Part shown: positions 40,391-51,519 of the stretch, in pieces
Layout: each line of letters begins with the position of its first letter
How positions within the stretch are numbered: position 1 is the stretch's first letter
Source: Candidatus Multivorans sp.
GTDB taxonomy: Bacteria > Acidobacteriota > Thermoanaerobaculia > Multivoradales > Multivoraceae
Reading direction: 5' to 3'
Assembly: GCA_965247095.1 (NCBI GenBank)
Contig: OZ251997.1
Location: 2,304,001 to 2,368,000 of the forward strand
Length of the DNA: 64,000 nt
Notes under the pieces: generated by a model
Databases searched by the model: none
The model's input: the letters and a program-made list of their open reading frames with translations, nothing else
What the model was told of the DNA's origin: nothing
Program-made: the position numbers and the translations under genes

Positions 40391-41002
40391 TCAGACTTCG
40401 CGAATCCGCTGGTAGGAGGGGACTTCCTGCAACCGTGTCCAGTAGCGCCGCACGTTCTCGCCGAAGTCGTCGATGCCGAGCGATGTCGCCAGGTGCAGCC
40501 CGTAGCCGACGCAGATGTCGGCGATCGTGAACCGGCCGCAGCACAGGAAGTCACGCCCGTCGGAGGTCGCCTTCTCGACCAGCCGCAACCGGCCCAGGAA
40601 CCACTTGCGGTAGTCCTCGGCGACCTGGGGAATCCGGCGTTCCTCGGGCTCGAGGCGCGTGTAGCGAAGGAACAACGTCTGCGGGAAGGTCAGCGTGGCG
40701 TCGCTGAAGAACAGCCAGTTCAGGAAGGCGCCGTACTCCGGGTCATCCACGTCGACGGCGATCGGGGTCGGACCGTAGCGGTCAACCAGGTATTTGGCCA
40801 TGCCCGAGGACTCCGTCATGTGGACATCGCCGTCGATCATGTACGGGACCGTGCCCAACACGTTGGTGCCCAGGTAGTCCTTCTTGAACACCCGCGGCGG
40901 AAAGGGCAGCACGTGCAGCTCGTAGTCGATGCCCATCTCCTCCAACGTCCACACCGGACGGAGCGAGCGGGCGCCCTTGCAGTGGTAAAGCTGAATCGTC
41001 AC
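40391..41002 (-). CDS. Glutathione S-transferase family protein
   Basis: ARSLRPVWTLEE, GTVP, TESS and FTIADI. GTGA overlap with the upstream gene. Confidence 0.9.
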   Translation of the reverse strand: MTIQLYHCKGARSLRPVWTLEEMGIDYELHVLPFPPRVFKKDYLGTNVLGTVPYMIDGDVHMTESSGMAKYLVDRYGPTPIAVDVDDPEYGAFLNWLFFSDATLTFPQTLFLRYTRLEPEERRIPQVAEDYRKWFLGRLRLVEKATSDGRDFLCCGRFTIADICVGYGLHLATSLGIDDFGENVRRYWTRLQEVPSYQRIREV

Positions 41003-41808
41003 GATGAATCTCCGGCGGCGCCGACGGCCGCTGCCCAACTCGGCTTGCGCTTCTCGCGGAAGGCGGCCATACCCTCCGCCGCCTCCTCGCCCTGGAACAT
41101 CCGACGGCTCCAGCCCTGGGTCAACTCGAACCCTTCGGCGAGCGAAATGTCCGGCACCGCCCGCACCAGCTTCTTGCACTCGACCACCGCGGTCGGGCCG
41201 CCCAGGTTGATCGCGTCGATCTCCTCCTGGACCACCGACCACAGGTCTTCGCGCGGCGCCGCCTTGTGGGCCAGGCCGTACTCCACCGCCTGGCGGCCGC
41301 TGAAGCGGTCACCGGTCAAGAACAACCTCATGCCGTGATGCGGCCCCAGCTTGCGCAGGCAGACAACGGCGATGATCGCCGGGATGACGCCGATCCGCAC
41401 TTCGCTGAAGCTGAACATCGCCTCCTCGGCGGCGATGACCAGGTCCGAGGCCGCGACCATGCCCAGGCCGCCAGCGAAGGCGTGGCCGTTCACCGCGGCG
41501 ATCACCGGTTTCTCGCCCTCCCAGATTGCGGTGAGCAGATCGGGATAGGGAACGACCCGATCCGACTCGCCCTCGCCGGGCTGCCGCTTCAGGTCGGCGC
41601 CCGAGCAGAAGCCCTTGCCGGCGCCGGTGATCACGATCGAGCGCACGTTGTCGTCGGCCTGGGCCGCCGCCAGGTGGTCGTAGACCTCCGTGATCAGGCC
41701 GGGCGACAGCGCGTTCCGCCGCTCCGGACGGTTGAGCGTGATTCGGGCCGCCCCGGATCGGACCTCGTAAAGCGTGTAGTCGGTCCCCGGCTGGTTCGAC
41801 ATGCCCAT
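40999..41808 (-). CDS. Enoyl-CoA hydratase (methylglutaconyl/isohexenylglutaconyl-CoA type)
   Basis: ITLNRPERRNAL, FCSGADL, AFAGGLG and FSEVRIG. Confidence 0.92.
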   Translation of the reverse strand: MGMSNQPGTDYTLYEVRSGAARITLNRPERRNALSPGLITEVYDHLAAAQADDNVRSIVITGAGKGFCSGADLKRQPGEGESDRVVPYPDLLTAIWEGEKPVIAAVNGHAFAGGLGMVAASDLVIAAEEAMFSFSEVRIGVIPAIIAVVCLRKLGPHHGMRLFLTGDRFSGRQAVEYGLAHKAAPREDLWSVVQEEIDAINLGGPTAVVECKKLVRAVPDISLAEGFELTQGWSRRMFQGEEAAEGMAAFREKRKPSWAAAVGAAGDSS

Positions 41809-41833
41809 CCTCCTCCCGGCAACCCTCGGGCTG

Positions 41834-43837
41834 CTACGCCGTGTCCTCGTCGATGACCACCAGCAGCTCGCCGTTCCCCACCTGTTCGCCCTCGGCGACG
41901 CGGAACTCCGAGACCGTGCCTGCTTCCGGCGCCGTCACCCGGTGCTCCATCTTCATCGCCTCCAGCACCAGGAGGAGCTGTCCCGACTCCACAGGGTCGC
42001 CGACCGCGGCGTGGGTCGAGATCACCTTGCCCGGCATCGGCGCGGTCAGGCCGCCGGCGACCGCTTCGAGCCCGGCCACCGGGAACCGCGGCAACTCGCG
42101 CAGTTCGACATCGCCCTCCGGGCCGTGGACCAGCCAGCGGTCGCCGTCCTGCGTCACCGTCGCCCGCAGTCTGCGGCCGTCGATCACGAGCTCGACGCCG
42201 TCGGTGGTGCGCCGCCGGAGCGCGACCGTGTGCCGGCTCGGCTCGGCGTCTCCGCACGTGGCGTGGGTGTCGAACCCGCCGTCGCGCTGAATGCGGTACT
42301 CGATTCGGAGGGTGTCGCCGCCGGCGGGCGCGAACTCGACCCGCTCGTAGGGCATCACCGTGTTGCGCCAACCGCTCACGATCGTCGGGTGGATGCGCGC
42401 CACTTGCCTGCGGTCCTGCTGGGCTGCCATCGCCGCGGCGATTCCGGCCGACACCAACTCCGCCGCGTCCGGGGAACGCTCCGTCTGCGGCGCCACACGA
42501 TCGATGAAGTCCGTCGTCGTGTCGCCGGAAAGAAACTCGGGCGACCGCAGCGTCGCCACCAGGAAGTCCCGGTTGGTCCGAATGCCCTGGACCCTCGTCG
42601 TCTCGAGCACCCGCGCCAGGCGAAGTGCGGCCTCGCGCCGAGTGGCCGCGCCGACGATCACCTTCGCCAGCATCGGATCGAACTCGATCCCGACATCGCT
42701 GCCGGTCTCGATGCCGGAGTCGAAGCGCGCCTTCATCGCCATCGCCGGCTGCCAGAACTGAACCCGTCCGGTCTGGGGCAGGAAGTCGTTCGCCGGATCC
42801 TCGGCGTAGAGCCGGGCCTCGATCGCGTGGCCGCGGATCGCCAGGTCCTCCTGCCCGAACCCGAGCAGCTCGCCCTGCGCCATCCGGAGCTGCTCCCGCA
42901 CCAGATCGAGGCCCGTGATCTCCTCGGTCACCGGGTGCTCCACCTGCAACCGGGTGTTCACCTCGAGGAACCAGAAGTCGGTCGGGGTGGCGCCGTCCGC
43001 CGGCTGCTCCACCAGGAACTCCACCGTCCCGGCCGAGCTGTAGCCGATCGCCTTGCCGGCAGCGACCGCGGCCGCGCCCATGCGGGCCCGCAGGTCGTCG
43101 CTGAGGACCGGCGACGGCGCCTCCTCGATGATCTTCTGGTGGCGGCGCTGGATCGAGCATTCGCGCTCGAAGCAGTGGACGAGATTGCCGTGCAGATCGC
43201 CCAGCAACTGGATCTCGACGTGCCGCGAGGACGCCAGCCAGCGCTCCAGGAAGACGGTGCCGTCACCGAACGCGGCCTCCGCCTCGCGGCGCGCGCCTTC
43301 GACCGCGGCGGCAAGTTCCTCCTCCGACTCGACGACCCGCATGCCGCGGCCGCCGCCGCCGGCCGCCGCCTTGACCAGGGCCGGGAAGCCGACCTCGGCC
43401 GCCGCCGCGGCGAGATCCGCGCCGTCGGCAAGCTCGACCGCCTCAAGCGTCGGCACATTCGCCTCGCGCATCAACCGTTTGGCCGAGAGCTTGTCGCCCA
43501 TCGCGCCGATCGCATCGGACGACGGGCCCACCCAGACCAGGCCGGCGCCGGTCACCGCGCGGGCAAAGTTCGCGTTCTCGGACAGGAAGCCGTAGCCGGG
43601 ATGGACCGCGTCGGCGCCCGTGCGGGCGGCCGCGGCCAGCACCTTCTCCATGTCCAGATAGGTCTCCGCCGACGACCGGCCCTCGAGCGCTACGCCAACG
43701 TCCGCCTCGGCCACGAACGGGGCGTCGGCATCGCCGTCGGCGTAGACGGCCACCGTCGCGATCCCCATGTCGCGCGCCGAGCGGAAGATCCGCCGCGCGA
43801 TCTCGCCGCGGTTGGCGACCAGGAGCCGGGTGATCAA
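41834..43837 (-). CDS. Acyl-CoA carboxylase alpha subunit (biotin carboxylase + BCCP)
   Basis: LVANRGEIA, HPGYGFLSEN, RECSIQRRHQK and EAMKME. Confidence 0.95.
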   Translation of the reverse strand: MITRLLVANRGEIARRIFRSARDMGIATVAVYADGDADAPFVAEADVGVALEGRSSAETYLDMEKVLAAAARTGADAVHPGYGFLSENANFARAVTGAGLVWVGPSSDAIGAMGDKLSAKRLMREANVPTLEAVELADGADLAAAAAEVGFPALVKAAAGGGGRGMRVVESEEELAAAVEGARREAEAAFGDGTVFLERWLASSRHVEIQLLGDLHGNLVHCFERECSIQRRHQKIIEEAPSPVLSDDLRARMGAAAVAAGKAIGYSSAGTVEFLVEQPADGATPTDFWFLEVNTRLQVEHPVTEEITGLDLVREQLRMAQGELLGFGQEDLAIRGHAIEARLYAEDPANDFLPQTGRVQFWQPAMAMKARFDSGIETGSDVGIEFDPMLAKVIVGAATRREAALRLARVLETTRVQGIRTNRDFLVATLRSPEFLSGDTTTDFIDRVAPQTERSPDAAELVSAGIAAAMAAQQDRRQVARIHPTIVSGWRNTVMPYERVEFAPAGGDTLRIEYRIQRDGGFDTHATCGDAEPSRHTVALRRRTTDGVELVIDGRRLRATVTQDGDRWLVHGPEGDVELRELPRFPVAGLEAVAGGLTAPMPGKVISTHAAVGDPVESGQLLLVLEAMKMEHRVTAPEAGTVSEFRVAEGEQVGNGELLVVIDEDTA

Positions 43838-43844
43838 TGCCCCG

Positions 43845-45476
43845 TCACATCCTGAAGACGGCATAGCCCCTGGCGCCCTCGACAGCCCGGCTGTGGCAGG
43901 CGGACAGCGACAGACCGAGTACGGTACGGGTGTCGCGCGGGTCGATCATCCCGTCGTCGGAGACCCGGGACGTCGCATAGAGGCCGAGAGAGCGCTTCTC
44001 GGCCCAGTGAATCACGCCGGCCGCGCGCTTCCTGTCCGCCTCTTCGTCGAACTCGATGCCGCGCCGCTTCGCGGCCCTCCGGGTCACGATCGTCATCACG
44101 CCGGCCATCTGTTCCGGGCCCATGACCGCGATCTTCGCGGTCGGCCAGATGTAGGTGAAGCGGGTGCCGTAGGCGCGACCGCTCATTCCGTAGTTGCCGG
44201 CGCCGTACGACGCCCCGACGATCACCGACAGGTGGGGCACGCTCGAGTTCGCGACCGCGTTGATCATCTTCGAGCCGTTCTTCGTGATCCCGCCCTGCTC
44301 GTAGTCCGTGCCGACGATGTAGCCGGTGATGTTGTGCAGGAACAGCAGCGGCACGTCGATCTGATTGCAGAGCTGGATGAACTGGGTCGCCTTCTCGGCC
44401 GACTCCGAGAACAGCGCGCCGTTGTTGCCCAGAATGCCCACCGGGTAGCCGTGGATCGAGGACCAGCCGCAGACGATCGTCGGCCCGTAGAGCGGCTTGA
44501 ACTCTTCGAACCGGGAACCGTCGACGACACGCCCGATCACCTCGCGGATGTCGAGCGGCGAGCGCAGATCGCGCGAAACGAGGCCGAGCAGTTCGTTGGG
44601 ATCGAGCACCGGATCGTCGGCGGGCCGGCTCGGCCTGGGACCTTCCTTGCGCCAATTCAGGTGGGAGACCACATCGCGAAGCAGCCGAACGCCGTCCATC
44701 TCGTCCTGGGCCAGGTAGTCGCCGAGACCCGAGATCCGGCAGTGCATGTCGGCGCCGCCGAGGCTCTCCGGCTCCGCGTCCTCGCCGGTCGCCATCTTGA
44801 CCAGGGGCGGCCCGCCGAGCGAGACCATCGCCTGGTTCTTGACGAAGATGTTGTAGTCGCTCATGCCCGGCTGGTAAGCACCGCCCGCGGTCGAGGCGCC
44901 GAAGACGATCGAGACCGTCGGGATGCGCATCTTCGAGAGCTCCGAGATCTCGTAGAACAGGCGGCCCGATTCCGCGAAGTGCCCGACCGTGCGCCTGGTC
45001 TGGACCTCGGGATCGGTGTCCGTGTTGCCGCGGAGGTCGGCGCCGGCGGACTCCACGAACTGGACGTAGGGCAGGCGATTGACCCGCGCGATCTCCAGAC
45101 CCCGCATCAGCTTCTTCGAGTTGAACTCGTTGAAGGCGCCGGCCCGCACAGACGGGTCGTGCCCCAGGATCACGCACTCTGTGCCCGAGATGACGCCGAC
45201 ACCGAGCACGAAGCCCGAACCGACCGTGTAGTAGGAGTTCCAGGCCGCGAGCGGCGAGATCTCGAGAAAGGGGCTGTCCCGGTCGAGGGCGTTGGCCACC
45301 CGTTCGCGCACCGGCAGCTTGCCCCGGCGCCGCAGGCGGTTCATCGCCTCCGGCCCGCCGCCGCCGGCCACCTGCTCGAGGAGGCCGTTGACCTGCTCGA
45401 TCTGCTCCAGGATGTCGACGCGGTTCTTCCTGAACTGCTCCGACCTACTGTTGACGCTAGATCTCAGGACCGGCAT
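43845..45476 (-). CDS. Acyl-CoA carboxylase beta subunit (carboxyltransferase)
   Basis: ESAGADL, STAGGAY, GGPPLVKMATGE and SYGAGNYGM. Confidence 0.95.
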   Translation of the reverse strand: MPVLRSSVNSRSEQFRKNRVDILEQIEQVNGLLEQVAGGGGPEAMNRLRRRGKLPVRERVANALDRDSPFLEISPLAAWNSYYTVGSGFVLGVGVISGTECVILGHDPSVRAGAFNEFNSKKLMRGLEIARVNRLPYVQFVESAGADLRGNTDTDPEVQTRRTVGHFAESGRLFYEISELSKMRIPTVSIVFGASTAGGAYQPGMSDYNIFVKNQAMVSLGGPPLVKMATGEDAEPESLGGADMHCRISGLGDYLAQDEMDGVRLLRDVVSHLNWRKEGPRPSRPADDPVLDPNELLGLVSRDLRSPLDIREVIGRVVDGSRFEEFKPLYGPTIVCGWSSIHGYPVGILGNNGALFSESAEKATQFIQLCNQIDVPLLFLHNITGYIVGTDYEQGGITKNGSKMINAVANSSVPHLSVIVGASYGAGNYGMSGRAYGTRFTYIWPTAKIAVMGPEQMAGVMTIVTRRAAKRRGIEFDEEADRKRAAGVIHWAEKRSLGLYATSRVSDDGMIDPRDTRTVLGLSLSACHSRAVEGARGYAVFRM

Positions 45477-45678
45477 TGGCTGGATCGCCTCGTTTTCCCC
45501 GTTCTAACGTCGACGTTGGATCTGAGAACCTGCATGCGCCAAACGCTTCGCTAGTGGCGAAGCGGCGAAGAGAAGTCTGCGTGGAGGGCGGCGATCATGT
45601 CAGATCTCAGGCCGCGTCATCGCCGCCAAACTGCTCGCAGGCTCGCTGTTTGGCCCCAGCCCCCACCTCTCTGGGAGG

Positions 45679-47313
45679 CTACGCGCCAAGCCTCGCTCCG
45701 CTGCGTTCCTGGCGCGCTGCCTCCCAGAGGCCCTTCCGCCACTGCTCCAGGAGCACGAACTTCTGGATCTTCCCGGACGGCGTGAGCGGGAAGTCGTCGA
45801 CCCGGTACCAGACCTTCGGCGTCTTCTGCGGCGACAGATGCTCGCGGCAGTAGGTGTGGAGCTCGGCGTCGCTGGCAGGGTTCGCGGAGTCCGCGTCGCG
45901 GACGAAGGCGCCCACGATCTCACCCCAGCGCTCGTCCGGTAGCCCGACCACGGCCACGTCGGAAACCTGGGGGTGTTCGAACAACAGCTCCTCGATCTCG
46001 CGCGGGTAGATGTTCTCGCCGCCGCGAATGATCATGTCCCTGAGACGGCCGGTGATCGTCGTGTAGCCGCGGTCGTCCATCGTCACCAGGTCGCCGGTGT
46101 GCAGCCAACCGTCCTCGTCGATCGTCTCACGGGTCTTGTCGGGCATCTCGAAGTAGCCGAGCATCACCAGATACCCGCGCGTGCAGAGTTCGCCCGCATC
46201 GCCGATCGGCAGCGTGGCCCCGGTCTCCGGATCGACGACCTTGAGCTCGGTCTGCGGCAGCACCGGCCCGAGTGTGGTCGCCTTGTCCACCTCGCTGTCG
46301 TCCGGCTTCATCAGGGTCACCCCGGGGGACGCCTCCGTCTGGCCGTAGATGATCGAGAACTGCACGCCGAGCGTTTTCTCGATCCGCCGCACCAGGTCGG
46401 CCGGTACCGTGGCACCGCCCGAGCAGACGGTGTGGACCGTCGACAGGTCGCGGCTCGCGAAGTCCGGGTGCTCCATCATCGCGATCAGCATCGTCGGCAC
46501 GCCGAGCAGGTGGGTAGCCCCCATTTCCTCCGCCAGCGCCAGCATCAGTCCCGGGTCGAACTGGACCAGGTTGACCAGGGTCGCTCCCTGCTGGATGGGT
46601 CCGAGGACGCCCAGCACGCAGCCGCCGGTGTGAAACAGCGGCATTGGGTTGATGTAGACGCCCCCCGGCTCGACGCCCAGACGCGCGGCGACGAAGCGGG
46701 CGTTGTTCGTGATCCCGCGGTGATGGAGGTACGCCCCCTTGGGAAAGCCCGTTGTGCCCGATGTGTACTGGATCTGCACCGGGTCGTCCGGGCTCACGTC
46801 GGGCAGGACGACATCGTCGGGGGCGGAGGCTGTGAACTCCTCGAAGTCGTCGAAGGGGATGAGCTCGCGCAACTCCGGCAGGCCATCCGCAACCTGCCTG
46901 AGCGACTCCTCCATCGGGTTGCCGCGGAACGAGCGCAGGTAGAAGATGCCCGAAGACCGCGACTGTCGCAGCACGTACTCGAGTTCCCTCGGCTGGTACG
47001 CCGGGTTGACGGTCACGAGCACGACCCCGGCCAGACCGGCGCCGTACTCGAGCAGCACCCACTCCGGGATGTTCGGCGCCCAGACGGCTACCCGGTCGCC
47101 CTTCGCGAAGCGCGCCGCCAGGGCCCGCGCCACCCGCTCGGCATCGGCAAGGAGTTCCGCGTAGGTCCAGGAGCGCCGCTCGCCCGGCACGCCTTCGATC
47201 AGCGCAACCTGGTCCGGCGCCCTGGCGGCGGCCTCGCGGAGGATGCCCCCGACCGTCGTCTCGAGCACGGGTGAACTGGTGTCTGCGGGAACGTAGCTCT
47301 CGGTCAGCGGCAT
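45679..47313 (-). CDS. AMP-binding acyl-CoA synthetase
   Basis: [23 protein letters not shown] and [10 protein letters not shown]. Confidence 0.95.
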   Translation of the reverse strand: MPLTESYVPADTSSPVLETTVGGILREAAARAPDQVALIEGVPGERRSWTYAELLADAERVARALAARFAKGDRVAVWAPNIPEWVLLEYGAGLAGVVLVTVNPAYQPRELEYVLRQSRSSGIFYLRSFRGNPMEESLRQVADGLPELRELIPFDDFEEFTASAPDDVVLPDVSPDDPVQIQYTSGTTGFPKGAYLHHRGITNNARFVAARLGVEPGGVYINPMPLFHTGGCVLGVLGPIQQGATLVNLVQFDPGLMLALAEEMGATHLLGVPTMLIAMMEHPDFASRDLSTVHTVCSGGATVPADLVRRIEKTLGVQFSIIYGQTEASPGVTLMKPDDSEVDKATTLGPVLPQTELKVVDPETGATLPIGDAGELCTRGYLVMLGYFEMPDKTRETIDEDGWLHTGDLVTMDDRGYTTITGRLRDMIIRGGENIYPREIEELLFEHPQVSDVAVVGLPDERWGEIVGAFVRDADSANPASDAELHTYCREHLSPQKTPKVWYRVDDFPLTPSGKIQKFVLLEQWRKGLWEAARQERSGARLGA

Positions 47314-47370
47314 CTTCGGTCTCCTCCAGAATCTGGACCCGGAATCGTAGCCGCTAGGGCCCGGTGGCGT

Positions 47371-47402
47371 CCTGGGAACGCGGGCGTCTCGCCCGCATCC
47401 GG
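47371..47402 (-). repeat. REP-like unit A
   Basis: Identical to 40318-40349. Confidence 0.85.
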
Positions 47403-47484
47403 ACGGCCGCAGCCCCCGGAAGCGTCTTTGGGAACGTCTACTCGCTCGCCGAACCTGGTCTGACTAGTCAGATACAGTTGGCGC

Positions 47485-47763
47485 ATGGCCATCACATACT
47501 CGACCTACGAAGCGAAGGCTCGTTTCTCGGAAGTCCTCCGGCAGGTCCGCCAAGGGAAGACGATAACGATCTCCTACCGAGGGAAGCCGGCGGCCGAGAT
47601 TCGGCCGATCCAGCCGAAGAAGCAGACGCTCGAGGAGCGCTTGGACGATCTTGAGCGTCGGGGGATTCTCGTGCCTGCAAGCGACCCAAACGCAGTGATT
47701 CGGCCGATTGCGCACCGTCCCGGCGCTCTGAAGCGCTTCCTCGCTGAGCGCGCCGAAGATTGA
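47485..47763 (+). CDS. Phd/YefM-family antitoxin
   Basis: YEAKARFSEVLRQV..ISYRGKPAAEI. Confidence 0.9.
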   Translation: MAITYSTYEAKARFSEVLRQVRQGKTITISYRGKPAAEIRPIQPKKQTLEERLDDLERRGILVPASDPNAVIRPIAHRPGALKRFLAERAED

Positions 47764-48140
47764 CAACCGCGTACGTAGACAGTTCCCTGCTCGTCGCCGT
47801 GGCCTTCCGGGAAGAAGAGCACGAACGGCACGTCGCCCGCCTCGACGGAACCCGGCGCCTCGTATCCTCCAACCTTCTCGATGCGGAAGTTCGTTCCGCA
47901 CTGATCCGGGAACTCACCTTTGCCGTACCGCCGCTGCTGGGACGGCTCGAGTGGATCTTCCCCGACCGGGTTCTGACCCGCGAGATCGAACGGGTCCTTG
48001 CGGTGGGCCGTCTGCGCGGAGCCGATCTCTGGCACCTGGCCACTGCTCTCTATCTGGCGCCCAACCCAGGCGAGATGACCTTTCTGACGGTGGATCAACG
48101 CCAGCGAGAGGTGGCCGCCGCTGTCGGCTTTCGGGTGTGA
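47760..48140 (+). CDS. vapC: VapC/PIN toxin
   Basis: AYVDSS, LRGADLWHLATA and TVD. TTGA overlap with the antitoxin. Confidence 0.88.
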   Translation: MTTAYVDSSLLVAVAFREEEHERHVARLDGTRRLVSSNLLDAEVRSALIRELTFAVPPLLGRLEWIFPDRVLTREIERVLAVGRLRGADLWHLATALYLAPNPGEMTFLTVDQRQREVAAAVGFRV

Positions 48141-48183
48141 ACCGCCAACGAGGCCCAGATGCCCGCTGCTACCCTTCGCGCCC

Positions 48184-49176
48184 ATGACGGAACAAGTCGC
48201 CGAGAAGATCCTCGACTCCCTCTACCGGGTGGTCGTACCGCTGCCGAACAACCCGCTCAAGGAAGTGAACTGCTACGTCCTGGCCGAGGACGACCGCTTC
48301 CTCGTCATCGACACCGGCATGAACCGGCCCGAATGCCGCGAAGTCCTGGCGGCCGGGCTCGACGAGATCGGCGTCGACCTGGAGAAGACCGACTTTCTCG
48401 CCACCCACCTGCACGCGGACCACCACGGACTGATCCCGGACCTGCTCCGGCCAGGACGCACCGCGTCGATGGGCGCAATCGACGCCGCCCACATGGGCCG
48501 GGCCCACGGCGGCTGGTCGGTCGACAGTCCGATGGGCGTGTACCTGAAGCGCAGCGGCTTCCCGCCCGACGAGCTCGCCGAGTCCTTCCGGCGTCATCCG
48601 GGCGCCCGCTTCAGCGGCAGCCACCACATCGAGTACGCGCCGCTGCACGAGGGCGACGTGGTCGAGATCGCCGGCTACCGGCTCGAGGTCGTCGACACGC
48701 CGGGCCACACCTTCGGCCACATCTCGCTCTACGACCGGGAGAAGAGCCTGTTCATCGCCGGCGACCACATCCTCGGCGACATCACGCCGAACATCCAGGC
48801 CTGGGCCGACGACCACGATCCGCTCGGGCTCTACCTGGACAGCATCGCCAAGGTCGAGGTCCTCGACGTCGACCTCTGCCTGCCCGGCCACCGCAGCCTG
48901 ATCCACGACTTCCAGGGCCGCTGCCGCGAACTGCGGGAGCACCACGAGGAACGCGGCCAGGAAGTCGTCGACATCCTGCGCGAGAACGGCGAACGCAACG
49001 CGTACGAAACCGCCGCCCTGATGACCTGGGACATCCGCGCCAAGTCCTGGGACGACTTCCCGATCATGCAGCGCTGGTTCGCCACCGGCGAAGCGATCGC
49101 TCACCTACGGTGGCTGGAGGACCTGGGAGAGTTGCAGCGCGAAGACGCCGGCGGGCGGATTCTGTACAGCGCTTGA
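48184..49176 (+). CDS. MBL-fold metallo-hydrolase
   Basis: THLHADHHG, TPGHT, GDH and PGH. Confidence 0.93.
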   Translation: MTEQVAEKILDSLYRVVVPLPNNPLKEVNCYVLAEDDRFLVIDTGMNRPECREVLAAGLDEIGVDLEKTDFLATHLHADHHGLIPDLLRPGRTASMGAIDAAHMGRAHGGWSVDSPMGVYLKRSGFPPDELAESFRRHPGARFSGSHHIEYAPLHEGDVVEIAGYRLEVVDTPGHTFGHISLYDREKSLFIAGDHILGDITPNIQAWADDHDPLGLYLDSIAKVEVLDVDLCLPGHRSLIHDFQGRCRELREHHEERGQEVVDILRENGERNAYETAALMTWDIRAKSWDDFPIMQRWFATGEAIAHLRWLEDLGELQREDAGGRILYSA

Positions 49177-49343
49177 CTCACTCCATGTGAGCGCGCGAGA
49201 GCGCCGTGGCCGGGCCATCGGGCCAATAGAACGAACCCGGCACCTTGGCCGCCAGATAGCCGCCGATCGACGACCGTGACGCCCGTGACTCCTGTAGGAT
49301 CGGGCTGCTAGTCGCGCCTGCGAACCACACGAAACGAGGCTCC

Positions 49344-49745
49344 ATGAAGGTCTTCATCAGCCATTCCCACGCGGACGCGCCTTGGGCCGCCCGGGTCTCC
49401 GATGCGCTGGAACAGACCGGCCTTGAAGTATGGAATTCCGACCGCAATCTGCTTCCCGGCGACAACTGGGCCGCAGAGGTGGCCCGCGCCCTGGAAGAAT
49501 CCGAAGCGATGGTCGTGCTGCTGACGCCCGACGCGGTCAACTCGCCGTACGTGAAGCGCGAGATGGAGTACGCGCTAGGCGCCAAGAGCTACAGCAATCG
49601 CTTGATTCCCGTCGTCATCGGTGACCGCAAGCGTCTTCCGGCGGACCAGATTCCGTGGATCGTCCGGAGGCTACCTTGGGTCGAACTGGAGAGCGCCTAC
49701 ACCGAAGTCCAGCCGATCGCAGACGCGATCCGCGGACACGCCTGA
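49344..49745 (+). CDS. Stand-alone TIR-domain protein
   Basis: VFISHSHAD, GDNW and SPYVKREMEYA (catalytic Glu position). Confidence 0.88.
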   Translation: MKVFISHSHADAPWAARVSDALEQTGLEVWNSDRNLLPGDNWAAEVARALEESEAMVVLLTPDAVNSPYVKREMEYALGAKSYSNRLIPVVIGDRKRLPADQIPWIVRRLPWVELESAYTEVQPIADAIRGHA

Positions 49746-49781
49746 TTCCGCGCCACGTCTGCCTCCCCTCGCTCCGCTCGC

Positions 49782-50210
49782 GTGCCGAACGAAGTCTTCC
49801 TCTCCCACTCCAGCCAGGACCGACCGTTCGTCAAGAAACTGCTCAAGGTTCTACGGCGGCATGGGATTCCCGTCTGGTACAGCGAGACGAGCATCCGCGG
49901 AGCCCAGCAATGGCACGACGAGATCGGCGAAGCGCTAGGACGCTGCGACTGGTTCGTCCTCGTGCTCTCGCCCGACGCCGTCGAATCCAAGTGGGTCAAG
50001 AGAGAGCTCCTCTACTCGCTACAGCAGGATCGCTTCGAAGGAAGAATCGCCCCGCTGTTGCATCGACCGTGCTCCCCTGACGACCTGTCGTGGACCCTGT
50101 CCCAGATTCAGAAGATCGACTTCACGCACAACTTTGACGACGGCTGCCGGGCTCTGCTCGGCATCTGGAGCGTGGCGTATGCTCCGACCCAGGGCCCCTC
50201 CGGTATGTAG
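49782..50210 (+). CDS. Stand-alone TIR-domain protein
   Basis: VFLSHSSQD, WHDEI and SKWVKRELLYS. Confidence 0.88.
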   Translation: MPNEVFLSHSSQDRPFVKKLLKVLRRHGIPVWYSETSIRGAQQWHDEIGEALGRCDWFVLVLSPDAVESKWVKRELLYSLQQDRFEGRIAPLLHRPCSPDDLSWTLSQIQKIDFTHNFDDGCRALLGIWSVAYAPTQGPSGM

Positions 50211-50211
50211 C

Positions 50212-51000
50212 TCAGTCCGAGAAACGCGGCACGAACTCCCGCGCCCGCGGGTCGTTGAAGGCCGGCGAATCGGCCCGCCACTCGAGCCTCACGGTCCGCT
50301 TCGCCAGCTTGGGCGCAGAGTACACGTAACGTTGGTCGTACTCGCGATAGATCGCGTCCATGAACTTCTCCATCCGGAGGGCGCTTCGGGGCGAAGGCCA
50401 GTCAGCCAACACGGCTCGACTCTCGGGGTCCACCATCGCCAAAGCCAACGCCTCGTAACGCGAAATGTCGTTCCGGACCCCGTCACGTCCCGTGAGGCCC
50501 AGAAGAACGTCGTGATACCGAACGATCGATTCGACCACCTCGCCATCTCCGCGGACGGCGATGTCGTTGGCCGCCACGTTACCCGCATCGTCAGCCTTCA
50601 GGAAGTGCGCCGCCTCGGGTGCGAGGGGCCCTTCCCGACTGGCGCGAATGACGGGCAGGAATCCGTAGACAAGGTTCGGGTAGGAGATGTGCAGGTTCGT
50701 GCAGTCGCCGACCGCTTCTTCCATCCGGTTCGTCAGGTTGCGGAAGGCGTTGAGCGTGCCCTTGATCGACACAGCCACGCGAGCGACGCACGCAGAAGGG
50801 CGGTCGCGGCACGATGTCGTCGGGGTGAAAGCCCCCTTCTACGACGAGACGAGAGGCCACATACCAGTGGAGCGGCCTGATGTGCCCCTGGCTCTAGTAC
50901 TAGCCATCGTCAACTGCGATCCGGGCCTCGATCTCGCCGAGGATTGCGGCGAGTCGATCTACTGCGCGCCCGAGCAACTCTGAGTCCGGAGGGACCGCCG
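50212..51000 (-). pseudogene. Type II restriction endonuclease remnant (PaeR7I/XhoI-like motif)
   Basis: SIKGTLNAFRNLTNRMEEAVGD. Frameshift near 50780 and two in-frame TAGs at 50894-50902. The 5' limit is approximate. Confidence 0.6.
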
Positions 51001-51519
51001 TTCGCTGGTCAACCTGCTCACACCACCATCGCCTCTGAACGAAACCGCTCAGCCTCTCGCTTCGCTTCCCGTTCGAGCACACGGCCACACTCGTCAGTAG
51101 ACCGGCCCGTAAGCGCAGAAAGTACGGAGGGGCCGCACAAGTCCTCGACTCCGGAAATGTCATGGAGGCGAACACCCATGGCCTGGGCCACAAGGTCCAT
51201 GCCGCCGTGCAGCCGGACCAACTGCCGCCTCAGTACACCCAGGTTCTGGGCCTCCTGATCTCTGCCCGCCTCTTCCCTCCGCCCGGCCTGCGATCCCGCG
51301 GGGTCTTCAGTTAGGCCGCCGTCTTCTGCCACGGAGTGTTTCAGGAGCCACTCCCATTCCGCGGCTTTCTTGAGGACGTCGTTCACGACGGTCCGGGCCA
51401 CCATGTCGAGCGGATTCTGTACAGCGCTTGACGGACCAGCCCGCACGAAACGGACGGCAACCTCGCGAAGTCCGACTCGAGCAACATGAGGAGTGGACCA
51501 CAGCAAGCCCGGCCCTGCG

